A stretch of 64,000 nucleotides of DNA from an uncultured Eubacteriales bacterium (lineage in GTDB: Bacteria; Bacillota; Clostridia; Oscillospirales; CAG-272): NCBI GenBank assembly GCA_934503195.1, contig CAKSVM010000006.1, positions 1,927 to 65,926 on the forward strand. Direction: 5' to 3'. Made by a program: the position numbers and the translations under genes. Shown piece by piece: positions 17,104 through 25,323 of the stretch; position 1 is the first letter of the stretch, and each line of letters starts with the position of its first letter. A model generated the notes under the pieces. The model saw only the letters and a list, made by a program, of their open reading frames with translations, was not told the origin of the DNA and did not search any database.

Positions 17104-17445
17104 TTAAGCTTCTTTGATATACTCAGTCTTCTTCGGCTTATCGAAACCGCTTAAGGTGAGCATCTTTTCGGTCCCTTCCCCGGGACGCGGGATTATGTGC
17201 TTCGCGACGACTCCGGAAATTCCGTTCGCCGCTGTTTCGGCCGCCTCCATAGCTGCCTCGACCGCCGCCACGCTGCCGCGGAACTTGACCACGACGATGA
17301 GCGGAACCGGAAGAGTTTCGGGATGGAGAGGCTTGTTCTTGTCAAAATTCTCGACCGTCACGTCGGCCGCCTTACAGCCCGCGTCGCACGCGACAAACGC
17401 CGCTACGAGCCCGTAGACCTCGAGAATACCGACTGCCTGTGACAT
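17104..17445 (-). CDS. BMC-H shell protein with loop insertion
   Basis: 113 aa. MSQAVGILEVYGLVAAFVACDAGCKAADV.. with inserted DKNKPLHPETLPVPL. Confidence 0.75.
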   Translation of the reverse strand: MSQAVGILEVYGLVAAFVACDAGCKAADVTVENFDKNKPLHPETLPVPLIVVVKFRGSVAAVEAAMEAAETAANGISGVVAKHIIPRPGEGTEKMLTLSGFDKPKKTEYIKEA

Positions 17446-17457
17446 CGGCTACGCCCC

Positions 17458-18690
17458 TTACTTGTTGACAATCGCGATCTTGAGGCCTTCCTGACGGAGG
17501 TTGACCGCGAGAGCCTCGTTGATCTCGTCAAGCGGGAACTTGTGAGTGATGAGCTTCTTCATCGGAAGTCCGATTGCCTGCGAACGCTTTAAGAAATCAA
17601 ACGTCGTGGCGTAGTCACGGAGAGTGTAAACCCACGAGCCGACGATCGTGATCTCCTTCGAGCAGATGTCGAAGTGCGGGTTGATCGTGGCGTCGCCGCC
17701 GTTGATGAAGAATCCGAGCTCGCAGAGTCCGCCGCCGTTGCGGATGAACTTGTAGATGTTCGAGTGAGCGACGGGAGAACCGGTGCACTGGAACGCGAAA
17801 TCAGCGAGATAACCGCCGAAAGCGTCCTTCACGTGAGCGGTGAGATCCTCGATGCCCTTCGTGTCCTTGAAGTTGACAGTCGCGCCCGCGCCCATTTCCT
17901 TCGCGAAGGAAAGACGCTTTTCGTTTCCGTCGACAGCGACGATGTGCTCAATGCCCATCGTTCTGAGAACGGCGATGCAGATGAGTCCGATCGGTCCGCA
18001 GCCCTGAACGACAACGCGAGAGTTGAAGCGGAGGATTCCGGTTGTCTTCGCGCGCTCAACGGCGTGTACGAGGACGGCGCAGGGTTCGATCAGGATACGC
18101 GAATCGAGATCGAGATCCGATACGTTGAAGATTGTCGAGCCGCCGCGGACGAAGATGTAGTCCGAGAACCAGCCGTTCAGATGAATGTCGTCGTCCGGGA
18201 GAAGTCCGTAGACATCCGCGCCGCCGACGTTCTGCTTGTTGAGGTCGAACATCGTGATGTCGGGGTTGTCCTTGAAGATCATGCAGGTGACGACCTTGTC
18301 GCCGACGTGAAGCGGCTTTCCGGCCGAGTCGCGCGTGACATTCTTACCCATCTTGACGATCTCTCCGGTTCCCTCGTGACCGAGAGCGACCGGGATGAGT
18401 CCGAAGGGATCGCGTTTGAACTCGTGCGCGTCGGTCCCGCAGACTCCGCAGCCCTCGACCTTTACGAGGATATCGTTGTCGCCGAGCGGCGGGATCGGAT
18501 ATTCCTTGACCTCAAAACGCTCCTTCTCGACGAGAACGGCGACGTGCGCCTTGTCGGGGATTCCCGCGGTCTTAACCGCCGGAGCGGCCGTGACGCAGGC
18601 CGGGGACGGAGCCGTCTTCGGCTCGTCGTTAATCATTCCGGCGAGAACCTTTTTTACGATCTCTTCTATATTTTCTGCTTTGTAATCCAT
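17458..18690 (-). CDS. zinc-dependent medium-chain alcohol/polyol dehydrogenase with about 55-aa N-terminal extension (putative encapsulation peptide)
   Basis: GHEGTGEIVKMGKNV zinc-ADH signature, CGVCGTDAHE, GCGPIG Rossmann. N-terminal amphipathic ENIEEIVKKVLAGMI plus a Pro/Ala linker. Confidence 0.85.
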   Translation of the reverse strand: MDYKAENIEEIVKKVLAGMINDEPKTAPSPACVTAAPAVKTAGIPDKAHVAVLVEKERFEVKEYPIPPLGDNDILVKVEGCGVCGTDAHEFKRDPFGLIPVALGHEGTGEIVKMGKNVTRDSAGKPLHVGDKVVTCMIFKDNPDITMFDLNKQNVGGADVYGLLPDDDIHLNGWFSDYIFVRGGSTIFNVSDLDLDSRILIEPCAVLVHAVERAKTTGILRFNSRVVVQGCGPIGLICIAVLRTMGIEHIVAVDGNEKRLSFAKEMGAGATVNFKDTKGIEDLTAHVKDAFGGYLADFAFQCTGSPVAHSNIYKFIRNGGGLCELGFFINGGDATINPHFDICSKEITIVGSWVYTLRDYATTFDFLKRSQAIGLPMKKLITHKFPLDEINEALAVNLRQEGLKIAIVNK

Positions 18691-18713
18691 AGTTTACCTC
18701 ATTTAATAAACCG

Positions 18714-19223
18714 TTATTGTTCCGAAACGAGTCTTTCGAACACAGTCGCGCCGAACGCCGCGAGCGCGGTGTCCTCGGCCTCGGTTCCGCCCGAGACTCC
18801 GAGTCCGCCGACGACCTTACCGCCGACTTTGAGCGGCTCTCCACCGCCGAAGACGACGATACGCGAATCGTTCGTGAACTGAATTCCGTAGAGCGAACCG
18901 CCCGGCTGTGCCAGAGGCTTCAAGTCGATGGTCGACATTTTCAGCGACACGACCGTGAAGGCCTTCTGAAGCGCGACGTCGAAGCTCGCGATAAACGCGT
19001 CGTCCATGACCTCGCAGAGAATCGGTCTTCCCGAATTGTCCGCGACGACCACAACCGCCTTCACGCCGACTCTCTCAGCCTCAGCCTCAACCTCGGCCGC
19101 GAGTTTCTTAGCGAGCTGGAGCGTCACTGTTTTCACTCCGCGGAGAGCCGGATGAGCTTCGGATCCGCCCTTTACCTCGCCAACGACCTTCTCGATCAGA
19201 GCTTTCAGCTCATTTTCGTTCAT
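18714..19223 (-). CDS. GlcG/HbpS-like heme-binding protein (DUF336, PduO C-terminal-domain type) with N-terminal amphipathic helix
   Basis: 169 aa. ..VVVVADNSGRPIL..GGLGVSGGTEAEDTA is typical of DUF336. N-terminus is NELKALIEKVVGEV. Confidence 0.75.
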   Translation of the reverse strand: MNENELKALIEKVVGEVKGGSEAHPALRGVKTVTLQLAKKLAAEVEAEAERVGVKAVVVVADNSGRPILCEVMDDAFIASFDVALQKAFTVVSLKMSTIDLKPLAQPGGSLYGIQFTNDSRIVVFGGGEPLKVGGKVVGGLGVSGGTEAEDTALAAFGATVFERLVSEQ

Positions 19224-19232
19224 TTCCGGAAA

Positions 19233-20051
19233 TTACTTGCCCATCGCGGCGATGACGCGGCGGGTGATCTCAGCGACGAGATCCTCGTTCACCGACTTTG
19301 TGCCGTTCTCAGCCTTCTTGCAGTCGACACCCGAAAAATCGCAGTTCGGGCAGGGAGTCTTGCCAGCCGCGAGAACAGGACAGAGGTCAGCCGGATGCTT
19401 GCCCTTCATACCGAACTTGCGGCGGATCTCATAAAGTCTCTTTACCTGCTCCTCGTTCAGTTCCTTCGGACCGCCGAGCATCTTCGAAATGAACATCAGC
19501 TGTGCGTAGAACTCGACCGACTCCATCTTGTGGTAAGCGTTGAGAAGCGAATCCGAGTAAGCGAGCGCGCCGTGGTTCTCAAGAAGAACCGCGTCGTAAT
19601 GCTGGAGGTACTTCGCGACGTGATCCGGGATCTCCTCGGTCGAGGGTGTGCCGTACTCAGCGATCGGAACACATCCGAGCGCGATGACAGCCTCGGGCAT
19701 GATCGGAGCGGTCAGCGGGATTCCGGCGATAGCAAAGCCGGTGGCGTACATCGGGTGAGCATGCACGACCGAGACGACGTCGGGTCTTTCCTTATAGACG
19801 CGCATGTGCATCTTGATCTCGGAGGACGGGCGGAAGCCTTCATAAGCCTGAAGAACCTCGCCCTTGGAGTTGACCTTGCAGATATACTCAGGAGTCATGA
19901 AGCCCTTGGAAACTCCGGTCGGGGTGCAGAGGAACTCGTCCGGTCCGATCTTGACCGAGATGTTTCCGTCGTTCGAAGCGACCATTCCGCGGTCGTAAAT
20001 GCGTCTGCCGATCTCGCAGATCTGTTTTTTGATTTCGTATTCGGATGCCAT
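19233..20051 (-). CDS. class II aldolase (L-fuculose/rhamnulose-phosphate aldolase family) with C-terminal extension (putative encapsulation peptide)
   Basis: ASNDGNISVK, VVHAHPMYATGF metal-binding His pattern. About 60 extra C-terminal aa end in EDLVAEITRRVIAAMGK. Confidence 0.85.
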   Translation of the reverse strand: MASEYEIKKQICEIGRRIYDRGMVASNDGNISVKIGPDEFLCTPTGVSKGFMTPEYICKVNSKGEVLQAYEGFRPSSEIKMHMRVYKERPDVVSVVHAHPMYATGFAIAGIPLTAPIMPEAVIALGCVPIAEYGTPSTEEIPDHVAKYLQHYDAVLLENHGALAYSDSLLNAYHKMESVEFYAQLMFISKMLGGPKELNEEQVKRLYEIRRKFGMKGKHPADLCPVLAAGKTPCPNCDFSGVDCKKAENGTKSVNEDLVAEITRRVIAAMGK

Positions 20052-20116
20052 TGTTTTGTCTCCTTAATAATAATTATTTCGTGAATTTATCGAAAAACCC
20101 GATTCCGGGTGTTTCT

Positions 20117-20548
20117 TCAGTTATGAAGGTAATCTAAAACCTCTTTGATTCCCCGACCTGTCACCGAGTCGACCCGGAATATCGGATCGCAGCCCGAGTT
20201 TCTGAGCCAGAGCTCGGCCATATCGGGATTCGCGTCCGGCTCGTCGCATTTTGTGACGATGCCGATCACCGGGCGGCAGGCCGTCGCGGCAATCGCCGGG
20301 GAAAAGAGTGAGTAAGGCTCGGTCGCTGACGCCAGAAGTCCGATCACGTCGGACTCGTAGGCGTAAACCGCAAGCGCGCCTCCGAGATGCCTTGTCTGGA
20401 TATACTCACCCGGCGTGTCGACAACGATTCCGGATGGGTCGTAGCCGACCGCCTGAGTCTTGGCGTAGTGTATGTTTTCGCCGCGCAGAGCCTGCGTCAG
20501 CGTGGTCTTTCCGGCCTCGGAGCGGCCTATCAGGATAATGCGTTTCAT
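20117..20548 (-). CDS. pduV: EutP/PduV family small GTPase
   Basis: 143 aa. P-loop GRSEAGKTTL, KTQAV, VDTPGEY. Confidence 0.85.
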   Translation of the reverse strand: MKRIILIGRSEAGKTTLTQALRGENIHYAKTQAVGYDPSGIVVDTPGEYIQTRHLGGALAVYAYESDVIGLLASATEPYSLFSPAIAATACRPVIGIVTKCDEPDANPDMAELWLRNSGCDPIFRVDSVTGRGIKEVLDYLHN

Positions 20549-20611
20549 ACTTCTATCGTTTGGTAAATTCCGGCGTCAAGCCGGAATTTTCTGACTTGAA
20601 GAACCTGTTCT

Positions 20612-21001
20612 TCAAGTCTTTGTTAACTCGCACACCGAGAACCCGAGCTTCTCCTCGCAGTACTCAAGCGTCGCGCGGAAGGCCGCCTCGACGTCCGAGA
20701 TAGTCCCGGTGATGAGAAGCGTTCCCGAGAAGCGGTCGACGAAGCCGATCTGCGCGCCCGACTGCTTTGTAGCGATGTCGGCGGCGATTATCGCCGTCTC
20801 GGCCGGGGAAAGCGTGATCATTCCGATCGCCGAGTGCGACCAGTCGACATTCGGATCAAGTCCGAGCTTTTGGTAGAGAATCTTGTCGGGGCTCGCGATT
20901 ATGTGCGCCAGGGTTATCTGCTTTCCGGGGACAAGCTCCTGAATTATCCTGACCTTGCCGTCGGTTCCGATGTTGTCGGGTATTGAAAATGCTGGTTTCA
21001 T
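20612..21001 (-). CDS. pduU: circularly permuted BMC shell protein (PduU/EutS type)
   Basis: 129 aa. RIIQELVPGKQITLAHIIASP..FVDRFSGTLLITG pattern. Confidence 0.8.
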   Translation of the reverse strand: MKPAFSIPDNIGTDGKVRIIQELVPGKQITLAHIIASPDKILYQKLGLDPNVDWSHSAIGMITLSPAETAIIAADIATKQSGAQIGFVDRFSGTLLITGTISDVEAAFRATLEYCEEKLGFSVCELTKT

Positions 21002-21003
21002 TT

Positions 21004-21792
21004 TTATCCTCCGATATGGCAGATAATTCCGGTCGCCGCGCAGACACTTTTGAGATATTCCATCTTCGCCTTCTCGGGCGGCTTCACGTCGCCCATCGGA
21101 TAATCGCGCCCAAGCCCGATGTATTTGTCATAGCCGAGCCGGTGGTACGGCAAGATGTGCATCTCGCCGACTCCGAGCGTCGAATACGCGAATTCCGCGA
21201 TATCGTGAAGCTCCTTCGCCGTGTCGTTGAAGCCCGGGATCACCGGGACGCGGATGATGAGCTTTTTCGCTTTTTTCGCGAGAAGCTTCGCGTTTTCGAG
21301 GATTCTCCCGTTCGGCATCGTCGTGTATTCGCGGTGCTTTTCGGAATCCATGTGCTTTATGTCCATTAAGAACGTGTCGACAAGCGGGATGAAACGCCCG
21401 ACGATCTCGCTCTCAACGGCGCAGGTCGTCTCGATCGCGGTGTTCAGTCCGCGATCCTTCGCGGCTTCGAGAAGCGCGCAGGCGAAGTCAGGCTGACCCA
21501 TGCACTCGCCGCCCGAAAGAGTCAGCCCACCGCCCGAACGGCGGTAATAAGGCATATCCTTCATGACGATTTCAAGCACGTCGCCGACCGTCGTGTCGTA
21601 TCCGATCGTCTTCTTTGCCCCGTTCTGGAGCATCGTTTCGATCTCATAGCTCTGCGACTCGGGATTGCAGCACCACCGGCAGCGCAAATAGCAGCCTTTG
21701 AGGAAGACTATCGTCCGGATGCCGGGTCCGTCGTGAACCGAGAATTTCTGGATATCGAAAATCCTGCCCTTTACATTCAGAATATCGTCCAT
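21004..21792 (-). CDS. glycyl-radical enzyme activating protein (radical SAM)
   Basis: 262 aa. CYLRCRWCCNP (CxxxCxxC). Start overlaps the GRE stop (TGATG). Confidence 0.9.
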   Translation of the reverse strand: MDDILNVKGRIFDIQKFSVHDGPGIRTIVFLKGCYLRCRWCCNPESQSYEIETMLQNGAKKTIGYDTTVGDVLEIVMKDMPYYRRSGGGLTLSGGECMGQPDFACALLEAAKDRGLNTAIETTCAVESEIVGRFIPLVDTFLMDIKHMDSEKHREYTTMPNGRILENAKLLAKKAKKLIIRVPVIPGFNDTAKELHDIAEFAYSTLGVGEMHILPYHRLGYDKYIGLGRDYPMGDVKPPEKAKMEYLKSVCAATGIICHIGG

Positions 21793-24341
21793 CAGAATCC
21801 CGTCTGCTCGGTGCGGTTGATTATGTCGTCCTGAAGCGACTTCGAGAGCGTAACGAAGAGCGCGGAATATCCGGCGACGCGGACGACAAGCGACTTGTAT
21901 TTCTCGGGATGCGCCTGAGCGTCGCGGAGCGTCTCGCGGCTGACGACATTGAACTGCACGTGGCTTCCTTTCTGGTCGAAGTAGCCGCGGATCAGCGCGA
22001 CGAAGCTTTCAAGTCCGGCCGTTCCCTCGAGCGCGGAAGGATGAAACTTCATGTTGAAGAGCGTTCCGTTCGAGGCGATTCCGTGGTCGAGCTTTGAGAC
22101 CGAGTTGCAGGAGGACGTCGGACCGTGCGTGTCCTTTCCGGCCGACGGCGAAACGCCGTCAGCGATCGGTGTGAAGGCGAGTCTTCCGTCGGGTGTCGCT
22201 CCGGTCTGCGCGCCGAGCGGAACGTTCGCCGAGACCGGGTAAAGTCCGGCCTGGAACTGTCCGCCGCGCGGATTTCTGTATTTTTCAAGCGGGCGCGTGT
22301 AGGTGTACGCGACGTCGCGGGCGAAGAGATCGACTTCCTCGATATCGTTTCCGTATTTCGGGAGCGCGTCGATCATCGACTTTATCTTTCTGTAGCAGTT
22401 CCTCTGGAAATCGCCGGAATTTCCCTGAGTCTTCACTTTTCTGAAGATCTCGCGGATAACGCCTTCGCTTATCAGCTTTCCCTCGGCGGCGAGCTTCTTC
22501 GCCTCGAAGGCGGTCAGCTTTTCGGCCATCTTGTCCGGGATGTCCTCGCCGAAGTTGTGACCGAGAGCCTCCTTGAGTTCGGCCATCGTGATAAGCTTCT
22601 TGTCGAAGACGAGCGTTTTCACCGCCCAGAGCGAGTCGGTCATGTTCGCGATTCCGAAGCCCTGCGGTCCGGTGAAGTTGTAGACCGCGCCGCCGCACTG
22701 AGTCGGCTTTCCGCGTCCAATGCAGTCAAAGATCATCGACGACTCGAACGGGAGCGGGCAGCGTTCCATATGCGCTCTGTCAATCGCGTTGTCGGCGTTG
22801 ACAAGGAGCTTTATCATGTAATTCGTCTGAGCCTTGAAGGCGTCGTAGAACTCGTCGAAGGTTTTCATTCTCGTGACGTCCGGCGTTTCTACTCCGATAA
22901 GCTCTCCGGTCGGATCCGAGCCGCTCTCGTCGCGTCCGGAGTTCATCGTGAGTTCGAGCGGGCGGCACATATTGAAGAACGCGGCGTCGTGCCAGCCCTC
23001 GGTCTTGCCGGCCTTCTGAGGCTCGACGCAGCCGATTATGTTGTAATCGCGCGCGTCCTCGACCGAAAGTCCGCGGCTTATCAGCGCGGGGATTATGACC
23101 TCGTCGTTGTAGTAGGCGGGAAGTCCGATTCCGGTGCGCGTCAGCTCGGCGGCCTTGATGAGAAAATCGTGCGGCGAGCCGTTCCAGACCCTGACCGAGA
23201 AGGACGGCTGGGGAAGCATCACGTGGCGGGTCGCCTGAATGCACATGAACGAGAGGTCGTTTGTCGCGTCGAGCCCCCCGGGCGTCTGACCGCCCGCGAT
23301 GAGATTCTGGAAGAGCGAATATCCGGCAAATCCCTCGGCCGATCCGGCGTCGCGGCACTTGTTGAGATCGTTTAATTTAACCCAGATGCAGTCCATCAGC
23401 TCCTGAGCGAACTCGGGCGAGATCTTCCCCGCTTCAAGGTCGGCCTTGTAGTAGGGGTACATATACTGGTCAAAGCGTCCGGGCGAGATCGAGTGTCCCG
23501 ACGACTCGACCTGAAGGAGCATCTGAATGAACCAGAACGACTGGCAGGCCTCGTAGAAGGATTCCGCGCCGTTTTCGGGAACCTTGCCGCAGATCCGCGA
23601 AATCTTCGTAAGCTCGGCCTTGCGCTTGTAGTCATCGCACCCGGCCGCCATTTCCGCGGCCAGAGCCGAATAACGCTTGGCGTAGGTGATCGCCGCCTCG
23701 CAGCTTTCAATCACGGCCTCAAGGAATTTCGTGCGGGTCGCGTAATCGGCGTCGCCGAAGTCGCGCTTTTCAAGCTCGGCCTTCGCCTCGGCGATGATTC
23801 CCTTGTAGCCGATTTTCAGCACTTTCGCGTAATCGACCGTGACGTGGCCGACGCCGTTGTAGAAATAGTTGCCCGGCGTGAACATGTTGTGCTCCATCGC
23901 TTTGAGCGTTTCGGGAGCCATGTATGAGGTCGCAAGCTCGGAGGTTGTCTTTCCGCCCCAGTACTTGTAGACCTCGTGGAGGGTCTTTTTCGTCTCGTCC
24001 GAGATGTAGAATGGATCGGCGATTCTGGTCGCGACCGTGTCGAACTCGTCCTCAAGCCAGGTGAACGAGAACTCCGGGAAAACCTGACAGCCGCGCGGGG
24101 ATTTTGTCGCCGAGCCGACGATAAGCTCGTTTTCGCGGATAGTTATCGGAATGTTCTCGCAGATGTGTCTGAACGCGTGCGCGCGGCGCGAGATTATCGG
24201 TTCGCCCTCGGTCGCCTTGTAGGATTCGGTGAGAAGAACGGCGCGGTCGGCCTCAATCTCGGGAAGATGATCGTAGAGCGCGTCTATGAGCTTTGGTATG
24301 CGCTCACTGCGCGTGATGTTTATGATATGATACTTAGCCAT
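21792..24341 (-). CDS. glycyl radical enzyme, diol/choline-lyase clade (probable B12-independent 1,2-propanediol dehydratase)
   Basis: 849 aa. Glycyl loop RVAGYSALF; thiyl loop IIGCVEPQKAGKTEGWHDAAFFN. Substrate is inferred from the aldolase context only. Confidence 0.8.
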   Translation of the reverse strand: MAKYHIINITRSERIPKLIDALYDHLPEIEADRAVLLTESYKATEGEPIISRRAHAFRHICENIPITIRENELIVGSATKSPRGCQVFPEFSFTWLEDEFDTVATRIADPFYISDETKKTLHEVYKYWGGKTTSELATSYMAPETLKAMEHNMFTPGNYFYNGVGHVTVDYAKVLKIGYKGIIAEAKAELEKRDFGDADYATRTKFLEAVIESCEAAITYAKRYSALAAEMAAGCDDYKRKAELTKISRICGKVPENGAESFYEACQSFWFIQMLLQVESSGHSISPGRFDQYMYPYYKADLEAGKISPEFAQELMDCIWVKLNDLNKCRDAGSAEGFAGYSLFQNLIAGGQTPGGLDATNDLSFMCIQATRHVMLPQPSFSVRVWNGSPHDFLIKAAELTRTGIGLPAYYNDEVIIPALISRGLSVEDARDYNIIGCVEPQKAGKTEGWHDAAFFNMCRPLELTMNSGRDESGSDPTGELIGVETPDVTRMKTFDEFYDAFKAQTNYMIKLLVNADNAIDRAHMERCPLPFESSMIFDCIGRGKPTQCGGAVYNFTGPQGFGIANMTDSLWAVKTLVFDKKLITMAELKEALGHNFGEDIPDKMAEKLTAFEAKKLAAEGKLISEGVIREIFRKVKTQGNSGDFQRNCYRKIKSMIDALPKYGNDIEEVDLFARDVAYTYTRPLEKYRNPRGGQFQAGLYPVSANVPLGAQTGATPDGRLAFTPIADGVSPSAGKDTHGPTSSCNSVSKLDHGIASNGTLFNMKFHPSALEGTAGLESFVALIRGYFDQKGSHVQFNVVSRETLRDAQAHPEKYKSLVVRVAGYSALFVTLSKSLQDDIINRTEQTGF

Positions 24342-24348
24342 AGAAACT

Positions 24349-25113
24349 TTATCCTTTGCTTTTCAGGAGAAATCTTACATATTCCGCCACGTTCGCGGTG
24401 TGTCTTGTCGAGAGTGAGAAGATCCCGTGCTTTGAGCCGTAGATCGTCACCGGTATTCCGGCAAACTCAAGGAGCGTCCGGTCGTTTTCCGAGTCGCCGA
24501 ACGCGGCGGCCTCAGAGGCGTCGATCCCGAGTTCGCCAAGCAGGAATTTCGCCGCCGCGGCCTTGTCAACGCCGTCTCGGACAAGCTCGGTTATCGTCTC
24601 GCCACGGTAAACGGCGCGAAGTCCGGGGATATCGGCGTGATATCCGCGCTTTGTGAAGAGGATGATCTTATAAACTCTGCCGGGAAGCTCCGAAATGCCG
24701 TTTATCCCGCGATACTCGTCCGGAATCCGGCGGGACTCGGATTCGTGTAATTCTCTGCTTTCAGAGAGAAGGCAGGAATTCTCGCCGGCGCAGAACTCGG
24801 TGCCGACAATGTCGGACGTCTTCGCGAGATCCGCGACCGCTTTTACCTCGTTCTCCCCGATCGGGAAATCGGCGAGCTTTACGCCGCCGGCCGATATGTA
24901 CGCCCCATCGAGCGCGAAGAAGACGAGCTTTCCGGAATTTTTCGCGAAGATCTTACGAAGCGAGGGAAGCGTTCTGCCGCTCGCGATGACGAAGGGAATT
25001 CCCACCGCCGCGCACTCGGAAACCGCGAGGTCGAGGTCGCGCGGATATAAAATCTCACCGCGCCTTAACAGTGTGCCGTCAGCGTCACTTATTACTATCC
25101 GGATAAGGCTCAC
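24349..25113 (-). CDS. Cof-type HAD-IIB phosphatase
   Basis: IVISDADGTLL (DxD motif), SGR, GDSENDRTLLE. The stop lies only 7 nt before the GRE start, so it is the first gene of the operon. Start is GTG. Confidence 0.75.
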   Translation of the reverse strand: MSLIRIVISDADGTLLRRGEILYPRDLDLAVSECAAVGIPFVIASGRTLPSLRKIFAKNSGKLVFFALDGAYISAGGVKLADFPIGENEVKAVADLAKTSDIVGTEFCAGENSCLLSESRELHESESRRIPDEYRGINGISELPGRVYKIILFTKRGYHADIPGLRAVYRGETITELVRDGVDKAAAAKFLLGELGIDASEAAAFGDSENDRTLLEFAGIPVTIYGSKHGIFSLSTRHTANVAEYVRFLLKSKG

Positions 25114-25140
25114 TCCCCCACTTTGATATCTCTATATAAT

Positions 25141-25169
25141 ATAATACAACATTTTTCGAAAAAAGTCAA
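25141..25169 (-). promoter_or_regulatory. promoter of the HAD/GRE/BMC operon
   Basis: Minus strand TTGACT - 17 nt - TATTAT, about 25 nt upstream of the HAD start. Confidence 0.55.
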
Positions 25170-25323
25170 GGATAGTTTATGAATTTTCGGATTTCCGCCC
25201 ACAGAATTTCGAAATGACGCCCTCATTTGTTTTGTCATATTTGTCAAAATAATGTTCATGTTCTCGCTTTTTCACATTTTTCCTCCAAACTGACTCGGTT
25301 TCAGCCGATTTTTTCCAAAAAAG

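Noticed and set aside
17674-20084. 402-aa and 455-aa plus-strand ORFs
   Set aside because: Shadow ORFs antisense to the Zn-ADH, DUF336 and aldolase genes. They have a D/R/E-rich low-complexity composition.
22125-23375. 416-aa plus-strand ORF
   Set aside because: Antisense to the glycyl radical enzyme gene, with no motifs.
25238-25250. 13-mer TATTTGTCAAAAT shared with 28966-28978, flanking the ABC exporter operon
   Set aside because: A 13-nt exact match is expected by chance several times in 64 kb, especially in AT-rich spacers. There are no extended repeats and no mobility genes.
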